A DNA stretch of 63,512 nucleotides, counting the filler, from Chrysochromulina tobinii (Eukaryota), in assembly GCA_001275005.1 (NCBI GenBank). It is 8 parts of 8 records of this genome, joined end to end, with 100 filler letters (N's around TTAATTAATTAA, not from the genome) between each part and the next. Parts side by side here need not be neighbours in the genome. Positions count along the whole stretch, not along the records: positions 18,782 to 35,866 come from JWZX01000636.1; positions 35,967 to 38,132 come from JWZX01000637.1; positions 38,233 to 45,990 come from JWZX01000638.1; 5 more parts are not named here. One strand, written 5' to 3'. Each line of letters starts with the position of its first letter. Position 1 is the first letter of the stretch. The position numbers and the translations under genes are program-made. The notes below the pieces were generated by a model. It was not told where the DNA came from and did no database searches. It worked only from the letters and a program-made list of their open reading frames with translations. This document shows, piece by piece, positions 33,462 to 44,277 of this stretch.

Positions 33462-34517
33462 CTACTTCTTCTTCTCCTTCTTCGCCTCCTTGCCACCGGC
33501 CGCCGAAGAGCCGCCCGCGCCCATGTTGGCGAGCGCCTGGGTCGCATACTTTTGCCATTCGCTTGTCTGCTTCTTCGAGGTCTTGATGATCTCATCTTTG
33601 GCAAGGGCGAGCGCCTTGAAGGACTCTGCCTTCTCCTTGGCTATCGCGAGCTCGACGCGCAGCTCCGCGATCTCGGCCTCCGCTTCCGCCAGCCGCATGG
33701 CGAGCGCCTTGGCGTCGGTGAGACCCCCCACAGACGCGCCCTCGCCGCTCACGCCCGAGCTTGCGCTAGCGAAGCGCACAGGTCCTGTTGACGACGGCGC
33801 GGTGGCTGCTGCTATCGATTCATCAAGGTGCGGTGACCCCGAGTACCGCGGCGCCGTCGCGGCATCTGCCGAAGCTCGATTCGGCGCCGTACTCAACGGC
33901 GTCAATGGCGGTGCGATCGAGGGCGCTTCAGACGGCTGCGAACCACGTAATTCGGCGAGCAGCTGTTTTGTTTGCTGATGTAGTTTATCATGCGGCAGCA
34001 CCTCATCATCCACTGATCGCGGCGCCGGTGCCGATCGGGAAAGCTCGTCTCCATGATACGGCACAGCGTCCTCGTGCCCATCTCTGTCGCCGTCGCCTTT
34101 GAAGTCTCCTTCGCCGTTACCGCCGTCGCCGCTACCGCCGTCGCCGCCGCCGAAGTCGCCATCACCGTCAGGGCTGGACGGCTTCGTTTGTTTCAGAGGT
34201 GGCCGTGGATGCAGTGGGGCCAACATGGCTGGTGGCCGCCGTGATTGCTCCGCTTGCATTCGACGTGCCGCAGCGAGCTGCTGCAACACGTGTGGTGGCT
34301 GCAGAAGGTACATGGCTTGTGTCGCTTGCGCCATTTGCGCGCTGTGTGCAGCAGCGGAGGATGCAGCCGCGTCCTGCCGCTCGCCTGCAAGAATGTATGA
34401 CGGCGCGTACGGCATGCCGGCGAAATGGTTGGCATGCTGCATTGCGGCGGCGGCTGTGAGCGCCGCCGTGGCGATGCCCGCGTGCACTTCGGCTGGCAGG
34501 TCGCTCTCGTGCTGCAT
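33462..34517 (-). CDS. Hypothetical low-complexity protein with C-terminal coiled coil
   Basis: 351-aa ORF with heptad pattern LAEAEAEIAELRVELAIAKEKAE. Confidence 0.5.
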   Translation of the reverse strand: MQHESDLPAEVHAGIATAALTAAAAMQHANHFAGMPYAPSYILAGERQDAAASSAAAHSAQMAQATQAMYLLQPPHVLQQLAAARRMQAEQSRRPPAMLAPLHPRPPLKQTKPSSPDGDGDFGGGDGGSGDGGNGEGDFKGDGDRDGHEDAVPYHGDELSRSAPAPRSVDDEVLPHDKLHQQTKQLLAELRGSQPSEAPSIAPPLTPLSTAPNRASADAATAPRYSGSPHLDESIAAATAPSSTGPVRFASASSGVSGEGASVGGLTDAKALAMRLAEAEAEIAELRVELAIAKEKAESFKALALAKDEIIKTSKKQTSEWQKYATQALANMGAGGSSAAGGKEAKKEKKK

Positions 34518-34807
34518 CCCGGCTAACCCGGCGCTTCCTCTCGTCGCGCCAAGTCTCCTTTGTATGAATCATACCGGAAGGGGTGACCCGGCTCCCCCGG
34601 TGTCTTTTTACTGGCATCTGTCGTTCTCCGTTGTCTTTATACCGGCAACGGTCAGCATTTTCATCCCGGCGAGTGCCTTGCATTTCCCACCCCCTTGCCA
34701 GAACTCGCGATGGACCTTCCCTAGATGGAAGGGGTACAACGGCTGCAACGGGTCGGACTGAGGACTTACTTGAAACAAAACGGGGAATTTCAAAAGCCAC
34801 TAGGAAT

Positions 34808-35421
34808 TACCGGTATAAGAAAAAGAGTCCCTCGCCTTCGCGGCCAGCCGTTTGGATGTCATTGCGTTCCTCGCGTGAGTCAGCGCACGCCCAGATCTCG
34901 ATAAAATAGACTCGTGGTCGAGGCGCAGCTCATAGAAGATGTGTTCGTATGTTGCACCCGCTTCCTAAGAATGTATTTTCATTGCGTCTCGTCCCGACAT
35001 TGGCCATCACCACTCAAGCGCAAAAATGCTGGTCCTATCGCGCAATGCTTGTCGCCGACAAGCTCGCCAAAATGGCGAGGAGCCAAAAGATGCCAGGCGG
35101 GGGTACGCCATCGCGATAGCGATTATGGGTCGCACGCAGCCGGGATTCTTTCGGCTCCTCGCCATTGGCGAGCTTGTCGGCGACAAGCATTGCGCGATCA
35201 GGACCAGCATTTTTTGCGCTTGAGTGGTGATGGCCAATGTCGGGACGAGACGCAATGAAAATACATTCTTAGGAAGCGGGTGCAACCATCTTCTATGAGC
35301 TGTGGCTCGACCACGGGTCTACTTTGTCGAGAACTGGGCGCGCGAGGCTCCGCGAGGCAGACGAGCAAAATGGATAAGGTGGAAATCGGACAGTGACGGC
35401 CTCTTTTATCTCAAACCGGTA
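34808..35421. mobile_element. ~600-bp foldback/MITE-like inverted repeat
   Basis: Near-perfect inner arms: ttgcacccgcttcctaagaatgtattttcattgcg... from ~34952 pairs with its reverse complement ending ~35285. More degenerate outer arms extend to 34808 and 35421. Confidence 0.8.
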
Positions 35422-35966
35422 GGCTGTTGAATCCAAATTTGGGACGACAGACTGGCCGACACACAGACAGACAGACAGACTCACACGCAAAAAAATGGGT
35501 GCGCCGGCCAAAACCTATCGGGTCGCGCGCGCGCTATTTTCACGCGGGCGGTTAATCTCAGAGGCTTCCCTCCCGGTGTTCCAACGGGGGTGGGGAAGAA
35601 AGCAAGTTGCTTCAATTTGTCTTCTGTGAACGTTAACACACGCAGCAACCTAGGATAATCGTTTGTCAAACAGTTTCGTCAGTTTCGTCGCGTCTCCGCT
35701 GTCACCAAAACACCGTCTCATTGGTGATCGGCTCCACATCCACGTTATCCACGGTCAGCTCCACTCTCAGGGCACTACGGGCTGCGGGGGGGTTTGTTAT
35801 CGAGTTTGGGGGGGTTTGTTATCAGGATACGTATCCTGATGTATCGTGATGTATCCTGCGTGTATCNNNNNNNNNNNNNNNNNNNNNNNNNNNNNNNNNN
35901 NNNNNNNNNNTTAATTAATTAANNNNNNNNNNNNNNNNNNNNNNNNNNNNNNNNNNNNNNNNNNNN

Positions 35967-38132
35967 GGCACCGCTTCTTCAAGAACTATGAGAGCAGCAC
36001 GAGCCCGGCTGCTCGGGCGCGCGTCACCGATGCCACGGAGGCGCGCGTGTCGGCGGGCAAGACGCTACACCTCGGCGCTGTGGGGCCCGATACCTTGTCG
36101 CTCATGAGGCAGGTGTTCGATGCGGCTTACATCTTCCCGATGGGCGCCACGGCGAAGCCGCTCGAGCCGACCAAGTTGCGGCCGACGGACGACCACACTC
36201 GCACCGGCCTCAACGCTGCCTGCGACATGTCCGGGCCCCCGTCGCTTTCGTACTCGATCGAGGCGTACGCGGAGATGGGGCGCCGCTTTCTCCCTGGGTT
36301 CGCGGCCCATGTGACGGACGTCGAGGCGGCCTTCCCCATGCTCCCCTTTGCACCGTGGGTTTGGCCGTTCATGTTCCATCGCTTTTACGCGAGCGAGGGC
36401 GACCCGAGGGCGCTACATCTGTACTGCCATCTGACTGGAGACTTTGGCACGCGTGGTATGCCCGGCGTGTTCAAGATCTTCTTCGTCGACGTCGTCCTCA
36501 ACATGGCGCGCGCGGCGCACGTCCTCACGATCCCGATGAGCGTCTACGTCGACGACCTGTGCGCGACGGGGCCCAAGGCCAGTGCTGTCACCCGTCGAGT
36601 GGTGACGTTCCAGGCGTGGGCCGAGGAGGTCTGCGGCGTCACGTTCAAGCAGATCAAGGACAAGGTGGGGTCGCAGGTGCAGCTCTTCGTGGGCTTCTGG
36701 TGGGACTCCTTCGCGGGCACGCGCACGCTGGAGGAGCGCAAGCTGTTCCAGTACATGGACATGTTCCTCGCCTTCTCGGAGCGCAAGACCCTGTCCTTAC
36801 ACGAGAGGCAGGTAGCCGCCGGTCGTATGCAGAGGGCGATCATGACGATGCCGCCGGGGGCTAGCTGCCTTCTCGCCAACATCTTCCTCCTCATGGTCGG
36901 CCTCTCGGTGGCCTGGCAAAAGAGGCGCACCACTCGAAAAGAACGGCAAGATTTCCGCTGGTTCCACTACATCCTCAATTCGAATATGGGCCGGGGCTAT
37001 TACACGACGGACCGGTTCCAGGAGGGGCCGACGGTCTTTTCGGATGCGTCGCGCTCGAATCGCTATGCGGGTGGTGGGTGGTGCTCGAGTTGGGGTCCCT
37101 TCGATTGGTGGAGATACGGCACGGCTGCTGCTCGCAAGCCTATCGACTTCCTCGAGGGCGACACGATGATCGCCAGCGTCGAGTCGCAGGGGCCGATGTG
37201 GGCTAAGAAGCTCATCCGGTACAAGATGGACAATCAAGCATTCCAGAAGTCTGCGGTGAAGGGCTGGTCGCGGGCCGATCGCCTCAACCTCTTGCTCAAG
37301 CGCCTCTTTGTCCTGCAGATCACCGGCGATTTCCTCCTCTGCTTCAACTGGGTCTCGTCGGCGGACAATGAGATGGCGGACCTCCTCTCTCGCGAAGGAG
37401 GAATCGAGCGCTTTCCCGAGGCCGTCGCGCGGCGCGCCTTCGTGGACGACCCTGCCTTGCTGCGGGCCATGCCGGGTGCAGGCCGTGTGCGGAACCTCGA
37501 CATGTCGATCCCGTTCGGCTCCGAGGACATGGGGCGCCTGTCGTCGCGTGCCCATGCCCCGGTCGACATGCTGTGGTTATCCCGCGCCATCCCCGCCATC
37601 GTCTGCATCCAGGCGGCGGCGCGAGGTTGGTTGTCTCGCCGCGCCCAACCGCGCGCACGAGTTTCCCCTCTGGAGGATTTCGGGGCTTTCATCGGCCGAT
37701 GGGCGCCTGGGAAGAAGTGCGTTTATGGACGTCTCGAGTGGGCCTACTTCTTCCCGGCGGAGGAGGGGGAACGCCTCTTCTCGAGGGTGCTCACGCTCGG
37801 CCTCGGCCTCGCTTACTTCCACCCGATTTACTTCGCGGCGTGCTTCGTGACGGGCATGTTGCTTGGGATGAGCGCCTGGGATCGCTCGCTGCTCCAAGAC
37901 GATAAGCAGCTCGAGTTCAGTATCGCCGAGTGCATTGACGTCAAGCGGGAGCACTCGGCCCGCTCGATACAGGTGTGGTGGCGATGGCTCACGACTCGCC
38001 GGTCACGGGACAACCCTCCACTACCCCCCGAGGGGGCGGTCGGCTGGTGCGCTTGCCCGTGGTGCGAGGTCCCGGTCTACGATGAAGACAATAACTATTG
38101 CGACATGTGCTGGCCCGTGGGATGCGGCTGTG
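35967..38132 (+). mobile_element. DIRS/Ngaro-type (tyrosine-recombinase) retrotransposon RT-RNase H ORF with C-terminal extension, truncated by gaps at both ends
   Basis: RT: LRPTDD, DVEAAF, FGTRGMPGVF, YVDD, FVGFWWDS. DIRS-type RNase H: FSDAS..GGGW, IDFLEG, MDNQ, WVSSADNEMADLLSR. The YR gene is not seen. Confidence 0.8.
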
Positions 38133-38232
38133 NNNNNNNNNNNNNNNNNNNNNNNNNNNNNNNNNNNNNNNNNNNNTTAATTAATTAANNNNNNNNNNNN
38201 NNNNNNNNNNNNNNNNNNNNNNNNNNNNNNNN

Positions 38233-39409
38233 GATGGCCGCGGCGGCGGACGGCGAGGGTGGCGACGGCGGCGGCGCCGATCGCGCGGGCATGCGCAAGC
38301 GTAACCGCCGGGAGACGAAGTCCGACGTGATGCCCACCGTGCCCGATCATGGCAAGTTCGAAGACTTGGCGCCCGAGCGCCCCGTTGGAGGCAAGCGCTC
38401 GGCGCGCGAGCTCAACGAGGAGGAGGAGCAGTTGCATGCGGCCATGTCGCACGAGGAGACGGCGCAGGCGGCCATTTCGCGCCAAGCAGAGGCGATCGTG
38501 CTTGGCCAGATGCTTCTGAATCCGCAGAAGCGGCGCGCGCTTGAGGATCTCTCGTACACTCGCCACACGCGCAACGACCCACCCGGGCTGCCGCAGTGGT
38601 TCTTGGATGATGAGCGCAAGTATGCCCAGCCGTCGGGGTATGGGGTCGAGCTCGATGAGCAGATGCTCGGGCGCGCGCAGGTGCGATCTCCGTCCATCTC
38701 CATCGATCTCCCTGGATCTCTCTTGATCTCCCTTGATCTCCATTGATCTCATTTCATCTCCCTGGATGGCCCCGGATGGACCCTGATGGCACCCTCGCGC
38801 GCGCAGAATTCGCTCAAGGACGTTGATTGCCACTGATGATGCCCTGCCCTGCATGCAAGCGCTCACCACAGCGCGCACCCTCGCGCGCGCAGAACTCGCT
38901 CATCTGATGACCTCTGATTGCGACTGATGACCTCTGATTGCGACTGATGACCTCTGATTGCGACTGATGACCTCTGATTGCGCGCGCAGAACTCGCTCAA
39001 GGACATCACCGCGCGAACCATCGGCAAGGTGGCCGAGGCCAAGGCGCGCAAGCAGCGCCGGCTGCAGCGCGCGCTGACGAAGCTCAAGAAGAAGGCAGAG
39101 GGGATCGCGAACAACTCGGACATGTCCGAGCGCGACAAGAGCCAGGAGATCGAGAAGATGTACAAGAAGAAGCTAGGGGGCAAGAGCGAGAAGGACAAGA
39201 AGAAGGTCATGGTCGGCGCGGGCGGCGGGAGCGCCAAAATGCCCCACAACATCAAGCTCGTCGACAAGCGTAGCCGGAGCGATCAGCGCGGGCTGAGGAA
39301 GGCGGCGGCCAGGGCGAAGGGCAAGGGCAAGAAGCATGCCGGGAACTCGAAGAAGCATGGCAAGGCGCAGAAGAAGTCGAAGAATTACAGCCGCGCCGGT
39401 CGCAAGTGA
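38233..39409 (+). CDS. SPB1: SPB1/FTSJ3 pre-rRNA 2'-O-methyltransferase C-terminal part. Exons <38233-38680 and 38990-39409.
   Basis: Spb1_C-type motifs GLPQWFLDDERK, ITARTIGKVAEAKARK and KLVDKR..SD.R. Intron 38681-38989 restores the frame (RAQ|NSLKD). Confidence 0.85.
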
Positions 39410-39458
39410 GCGAAGCGGAGCGAAGCGGAGCGGAGCGGAGCGGAGCGGAGCGGAGCGG
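39408..39458. repeat. (GAGCG)n pentanucleotide microsatellite immediately after the SPB1 stop
   Basis: gagcgaagcggagcgaagcggagcggagcg... Confidence 0.85.
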
Positions 39459-40078
39459 TGGCGGCGGCAGCGGCGGCAGTGGAGGCGGTGGCGGCCCCAC
39501 GACGACGGTGCTGGCGGCGGCAGCGGCAGCTGCAGCAGCGGCGGCGGCAGCCGCGTTCTGTGAGTCTGCGCCGTCTCTGTTTCTCTGTGCATCGTCTCCT
39601 GGTGTAAATGCGTGAGCACATATGTGCCTCTGTTGTGCGCGCGATGAGCGATGAGAGCGGAGAGGCGATGCGGAATGAGAGCGAAGAGGCGCCCTTTGAC
39701 GTTTGAGACGGTGGCGCGGTGCTGCGTGACGCAGACGGCGCGCGCGGGGACCACGAGTAGAAGTGTGAAGACTGAAGTCCGCGACGAAACTCGGCCCCAC
39801 AGCTCTCGGGGCTGTTTCTTATTTAACAATCCCTTGGAAGTGTGAAGCACAGACGAAGACGAAACTGACTGACTACCTGGCAAGGGTTTACGAACGCAGG
39901 ATCAATCTCAGCGTCATCTCTCTTTTCTACCTGACGACACAAACCAGGCCTTTTCGTTTCCCCACAGAGCGGGGGGCCTGCCGCGAGCTCCCCAGGTGCA
40001 AGGGGCTGCTTGATGAGGGACGTAATCGCGAAAGGACAACCCGCAGCGTTCAACGCAGCTCCAACACCTCGCAGCGGC

Positions 40079-42568
40079 ATGCCTCCACGCAGCCGTCCCA
40101 ACACCTCGCCTGCGCGTCGGCAGCGAACGAGGGCGGCGTCGCCGTCGCCACCCAAGGGCTCGCCGTCGCCGTCGAAAAAGGCGTCCGCCGTCAAGACGAC
40201 TCAGACGGAAGCGCCGAAGAAAGATGGCTTGAAGATGTGGTACGCCGAAAAAGGTAAGCTGCGCATCGTTATCGACAACTACCTCTTGCCCATGCTGCTC
40301 ATGATCGCGTCGCCCTTGTGGTGTCTCGCGACTGCGTACATCACGTCGCTCAAGGAGCCCAGCTTCTCCTCATTTTACACCGAGTGCGTGAGCACAGGCG
40401 TGACCACCTGCGGCGGCTTAATTTTTGCCGCCACGTGGCCGACCGCCGCGTCGGTCACGCTGCTGGCCGTCTTCAACTTCATGGCCCTGCTGATCTACTG
40501 GTGGCCGGGCAAGACCGAGTACGGGCCCCTGACCGAGCATGGTGAAAAGCCCGAGTACATGGTCAACGGCGTCGCGCACTGCATCCTCTTCACGGCGAGC
40601 ATGCTGGCCGGCTCCGAGTACGGCCTCGGCTGGTTCAAGCTGAGCGTGCTCGCGGACAACGCCCCCGCGACGATCGGCACGCTCAACATCTTCGGCCTCC
40701 TCTTCTGTGCTCTCCTGTACTTCAAAGGACTCTACTTCCCCTCGGGGCCCGACTCGGGCACCGCCGGCCACGGGCCCGTCTTTGACTATTATTGGGGCAC
40801 GGAGCTCTACCCGCGCTTCGGGGGCGTGGACGTGAAGAAGTTTGTCAACTGCCGCTTCTCGATGACCTACTGGATGGTCTTTGGCATCTCGTGCCTCGCG
40901 AAGACGTACAATGAGAAGAAGACCATCGACCCAGGACTCTTCTTCTGCGCCCTCTCCCAGTTCCTCTACCTCAACAAGTTTTACATGTGGGCGGCGGCAC
41001 GATTGAGACGGATTGAGACGGATTGAGAAGGATTGAGACGGATTGAGACGGATGGCTTCGGATGGCCACGGATGGCCACTGATGGCGCCTGATGACCTCT
41101 GATGGCGTCTGATGGCGTCTGATGACAATCTGATGGCCTCTGATGGCCTCTGATGGCGCCCGATGGCCTCGACTGGTAGGTTGATGGCCCGCGAATTGCG
41201 CCCTATTCAGTTTCGTCATTGATTGCGCCCCTACTCAGGTGGGAGATTGGGTACATGCGCTCCATCGACATCATCGTCGATCACGCTGGCTTCTATGAGA
41301 CCTGGGGCTGCCTTGTCTGGGTGCGATATCCATTTAATCTTCATAGATCTCCATTTAATCTCCCTTGATCTCCCTTGATCTCCCTTGATTGCCTCTTGAT
41401 TGCCCGACAAGCTCCTCTGATTGCCTCTTGATTGCCTCTCGATTGCCTTCGATTGCCTTTGATGACCTCCGGATTTTGAGTCCCTCATCAGGTTCCCGCT
41501 ACCTACACGCTGCACACGCGCTCCATGCTGAGTTTGTCATCTGGCCTCTCCTGGCCGGTGGCCTTCACCATCTTCTCACTCGGGCTACTCGGCGTTGGCC
41601 TCAACTTCTGGGCTGATGAGCAGGTCTGATTGCGTCTGATTGCGTCTGATTGCGTCTGATTGTGGATCGATCTCAACTTCTGGGCTGATGAGCAGGTGAG
41701 TGCTGATGAGTGCTGATGATGGTTGCTGATGAGTGCGTCTTCTGAATGACCCCGCTGATGGCCCCCGTTGATTGCCACTGATGTCGACCACTGACCTGGA
41801 TCTCATGTGGGTTCGCATCGGCAGCGCGACACCTTCCGCGCTACCGGCGGCAAGTGCACCATCTGGGGAAAGAAGCCTGTCTTCATCGAGGCCGAGTACG
41901 TTGATGCCACTGAGTGCCACTGATTGCCAATGATGGAAAGAAGCCTGTCTTCATCGAGGCCGAGTACGTTGATGCCACTGATTGCCACTGATTGCCACGG
42001 ATTGCCACTGATGGCAAGAAGCCTGTCTTCATCGAGGCCGAGGACGTTGATGCTCTCTGCTCGCCTCTCTGCTTGCCTCTGCTCGCCGCTGATGACCACC
42101 GATGATTGCCACCGATGATTGCCACCGAGGACCTGTGACGACCTCGGATGGCCTCTGATGGCCTCTTGAATGCGCGCCTCATCAGGTACGAAACGGTCGA
42201 CCCGGACAGCGGTGCTCTTGTGAAGCGCAAGTCGCTCCTTTTGGCAAGTGGCTGGTGGGGCACTGCGCGCCATCAACACTACTGCTTCGATGATGTTCCG
42301 ATGATGACATCTGATTGCATCCCTCATCAGGTGGGGCACTGCGCGCCATCAACACTACTGCTTCGAACTGATGGCCGCGTACTCATGGGGCTTGCTGGCA
42401 GGCGTGCACACTCACGGGTTGCTCCCTCTCTTCTACCCCATCTTCCTCACCGTCCTCCTCGTCCACCGCGCCCATCGCGACGAGGAGAAGTGCATTGCCA
42501 AATATGGAAAGTACTTTGAGGAGTACATGCGCATCGTGCCGTACCGGATCGTCCCTTTCATCTACTGA
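40079..42568 (+). CDS. DHCR7: 7-dehydrocholesterol (sterol delta-7) reductase. Exons 40079-40986, 41239-41320, 41492-41623, 41825-41895, 42186-42254 and 42331-42568.
   Basis: Spliced product reads DYYWGTELYPR...DVKKFVNCRFSM...WEIGYMRSIDIIVDHAGFYETWGCLVWVP...FRATGGKCTIWG...LLASGWWGTARH...HRAHRDEEKC..KYG...VPYRIVPFIY (ERG4/ERG24 family, DWF5-like). All five introns are GT-AG and in frame. Confidence 0.9.
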
Positions 42569-42657
42569 GCGGGGCATGCCAACTTTGGTACCTACGTTGA
42601 CGAATTCTCGGGGCATGCCAACTTTGGTACCTACGTTGACGAATTCTCGGGGCATGT
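42569..42657. repeat. Tandem 39-bp duplication in the DHCR7 3' flank
   Basis: cggggcatgccaactttggtacctacgttgacgaattct x2 plus a partial copy. Confidence 0.85.
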
Positions 42658-42871
42658 ACATCGTTCCCCATACCGGGTCGTCCCTTCCAAATAAGGCAAC
42701 ATGGGAGCATTCTCACTGATCTGGACTTGCCTACTATGGCACGTACACTCAATCTCCCCTGAGCTGGGCTCGAGGGCATGGGTGCTGAGGGATGCAGCGG
42801 ACTGAGGGCTACAGGCTTGAAAGCTCTGGTTGCCTGGGGATCATTGATCTGGTTGCCTGGGGATCATTGCA

Positions 42872-43010
42872 GGTTTCGGCGCGGTCTCATTTTCCACATT
42901 GGTGGTTTCGGCGCGCTCACATTTTCCACATTGGTGGTTTCGGCGCGGTCTCATTTTCCACATTGGTGGTTTCGGCGCGGTCTCATTTTCGACATTGGTG
43001 GTTTCGGCGC
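42872..43010. repeat. ~32-bp minisatellite x4
   Basis: ggtttcggcgcggtctcattttccacattggt repeated. Confidence 0.85.
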
Positions 43011-43291
43011 CTGCGCCACGCTCGACTGCACTGGCGGGAAACTTAAACTGAGACGGCGCTGTCCTGAGCTATGCGTCGTGTCGATTTGGGTGGCCGTGGG
43101 GTTTTTCAGGGTGGTGGAGAGAGCGTTTTCTCACCTTGTCCGGTCTGGCCGTTGTCGTCATCTCATCGTGTTGCATGTCCGGTCTGGCCGTTGTCGGTTA
43201 TTCTCATCGTGTGGGTTCGAACGGTTCGATGTGCCGCGGAGACCGTGCGTGTGTGCGCACATGGTTTATGAAAATGCGCGCGATCGACAGG

Positions 43292-44122
43292 TCACAACCA
43301 CCACGGCCACCATGCCGCGCACGCACTCCCGGCCGCCGCCAGGCCGAGACTGACCATTGCCGCAACGCCAACCGCCGCCACCGTGAGGCGCACCGCCTCG
43401 GCGCTTGGCGCTTGGAGCTTGTCACGGACGGACGGCGTAATGTGAAACGAACTCGAGGCCATGGTGGCGAGCCCGTCGGAGCTGCTGTGCAGCAGCAGGG
43501 AGAGCTCGAGCGCGTCCTGGAGCGCCGTATCGGCGCCGTGCGCGAGCCGCCTTCGCCCGAGGTCCCACCAACGGCCAAACGCCCATCGCGCATCGCCGAT
43601 GAAGCTGAGCCGTTCGTCGGCGCAGTCGCCGCGCCGGAGCGAGGAGCGCAGGCCATCGGCAGCCACGACGTGGTCAAAGACCTCGAGCGTCTTGCCGTCG
43701 GTGAATGAGAGCTGCAGTCCACCGGCGACGGCGTGCACGCCGCACACCGTCTTGTTGAAGCGAACGGTTCCGGGCAGGAGTGAGTCGGCCAACGCTCGGA
43801 GCAGCCCCGGGTAAGAGACGACGGACGGGCCACTGCTCGAGTCACCGCAGAGCTCCTCCCACGCGCGTCCCAGCCCGAGCTCTCCCATCGTGCGACTGCC
43901 CGAGGCTAAGCGTATCTCGCCCTGTATGCAGTCGATCCCGAGCGGATTGGCCTCGAAGACGACCACTTTCCGGAGGCGGCGCTGCTGGATAGCCCGAGCG
44001 ACGGCTAGGCCGCCAAAGCCGGCGCCGACGACCGCGACGACGCCGTCGTCGATGGACGCCAACGGCTCGCCGCGCGGTCGCGGCCGCCGCCGCCCTGGAC
44101 TGGCGGCTCGAGCCGAAGGCAT
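43292..44122 (-). CDS. Compact FAD-dependent monooxygenase-like protein with C-terminal hydrophobic anchor
   Basis: VAVVGAGFGGL (GxGxxG), VVVFE, VVAADGLRS (DG motif), FIGDA...GADTALQDA (GD motif). Confidence 0.7.
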   Translation of the reverse strand: MPSARAASPGRRRPRPRGEPLASIDDGVVAVVGAGFGGLAVARAIQQRRLRKVVVFEANPLGIDCIQGEIRLASGSRTMGELGLGRAWEELCGDSSSGPSVVSYPGLLRALADSLLPGTVRFNKTVCGVHAVAGGLQLSFTDGKTLEVFDHVVAADGLRSSLRRGDCADERLSFIGDARWAFGRWWDLGRRRLAHGADTALQDALELSLLLHSSSDGLATMASSSFHITPSVRDKLQAPSAEAVRLTVAAVGVAAMVSLGLAAAGSACAAWWPWWL

Positions 44123-44277
44123 CGATCTTCGAGCACACCAGAAGTTGTGAAGCCCTCGTGCCACCCATCAAAAGTGGAAGCCCGAAGCACAACCCTTGGG
44201 TCCGGGGCAGGTCGAGACTCGAAAACCTTGAAGCTCGAACTCAATCTCGCGGGCTGGAGGTCACCCGAGCTCCGTCC

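Noticed and set aside
40991..41000. Possible GC donor for DHCR7 intron 1 after TGG
   Set aside because: A canonical GT at 40987 with AG at 41238 restores the frame exactly.
42872..43010. 32-bp repeats as a possible CRISPR array
   Set aside because: No unique spacers; an ordinary minisatellite.
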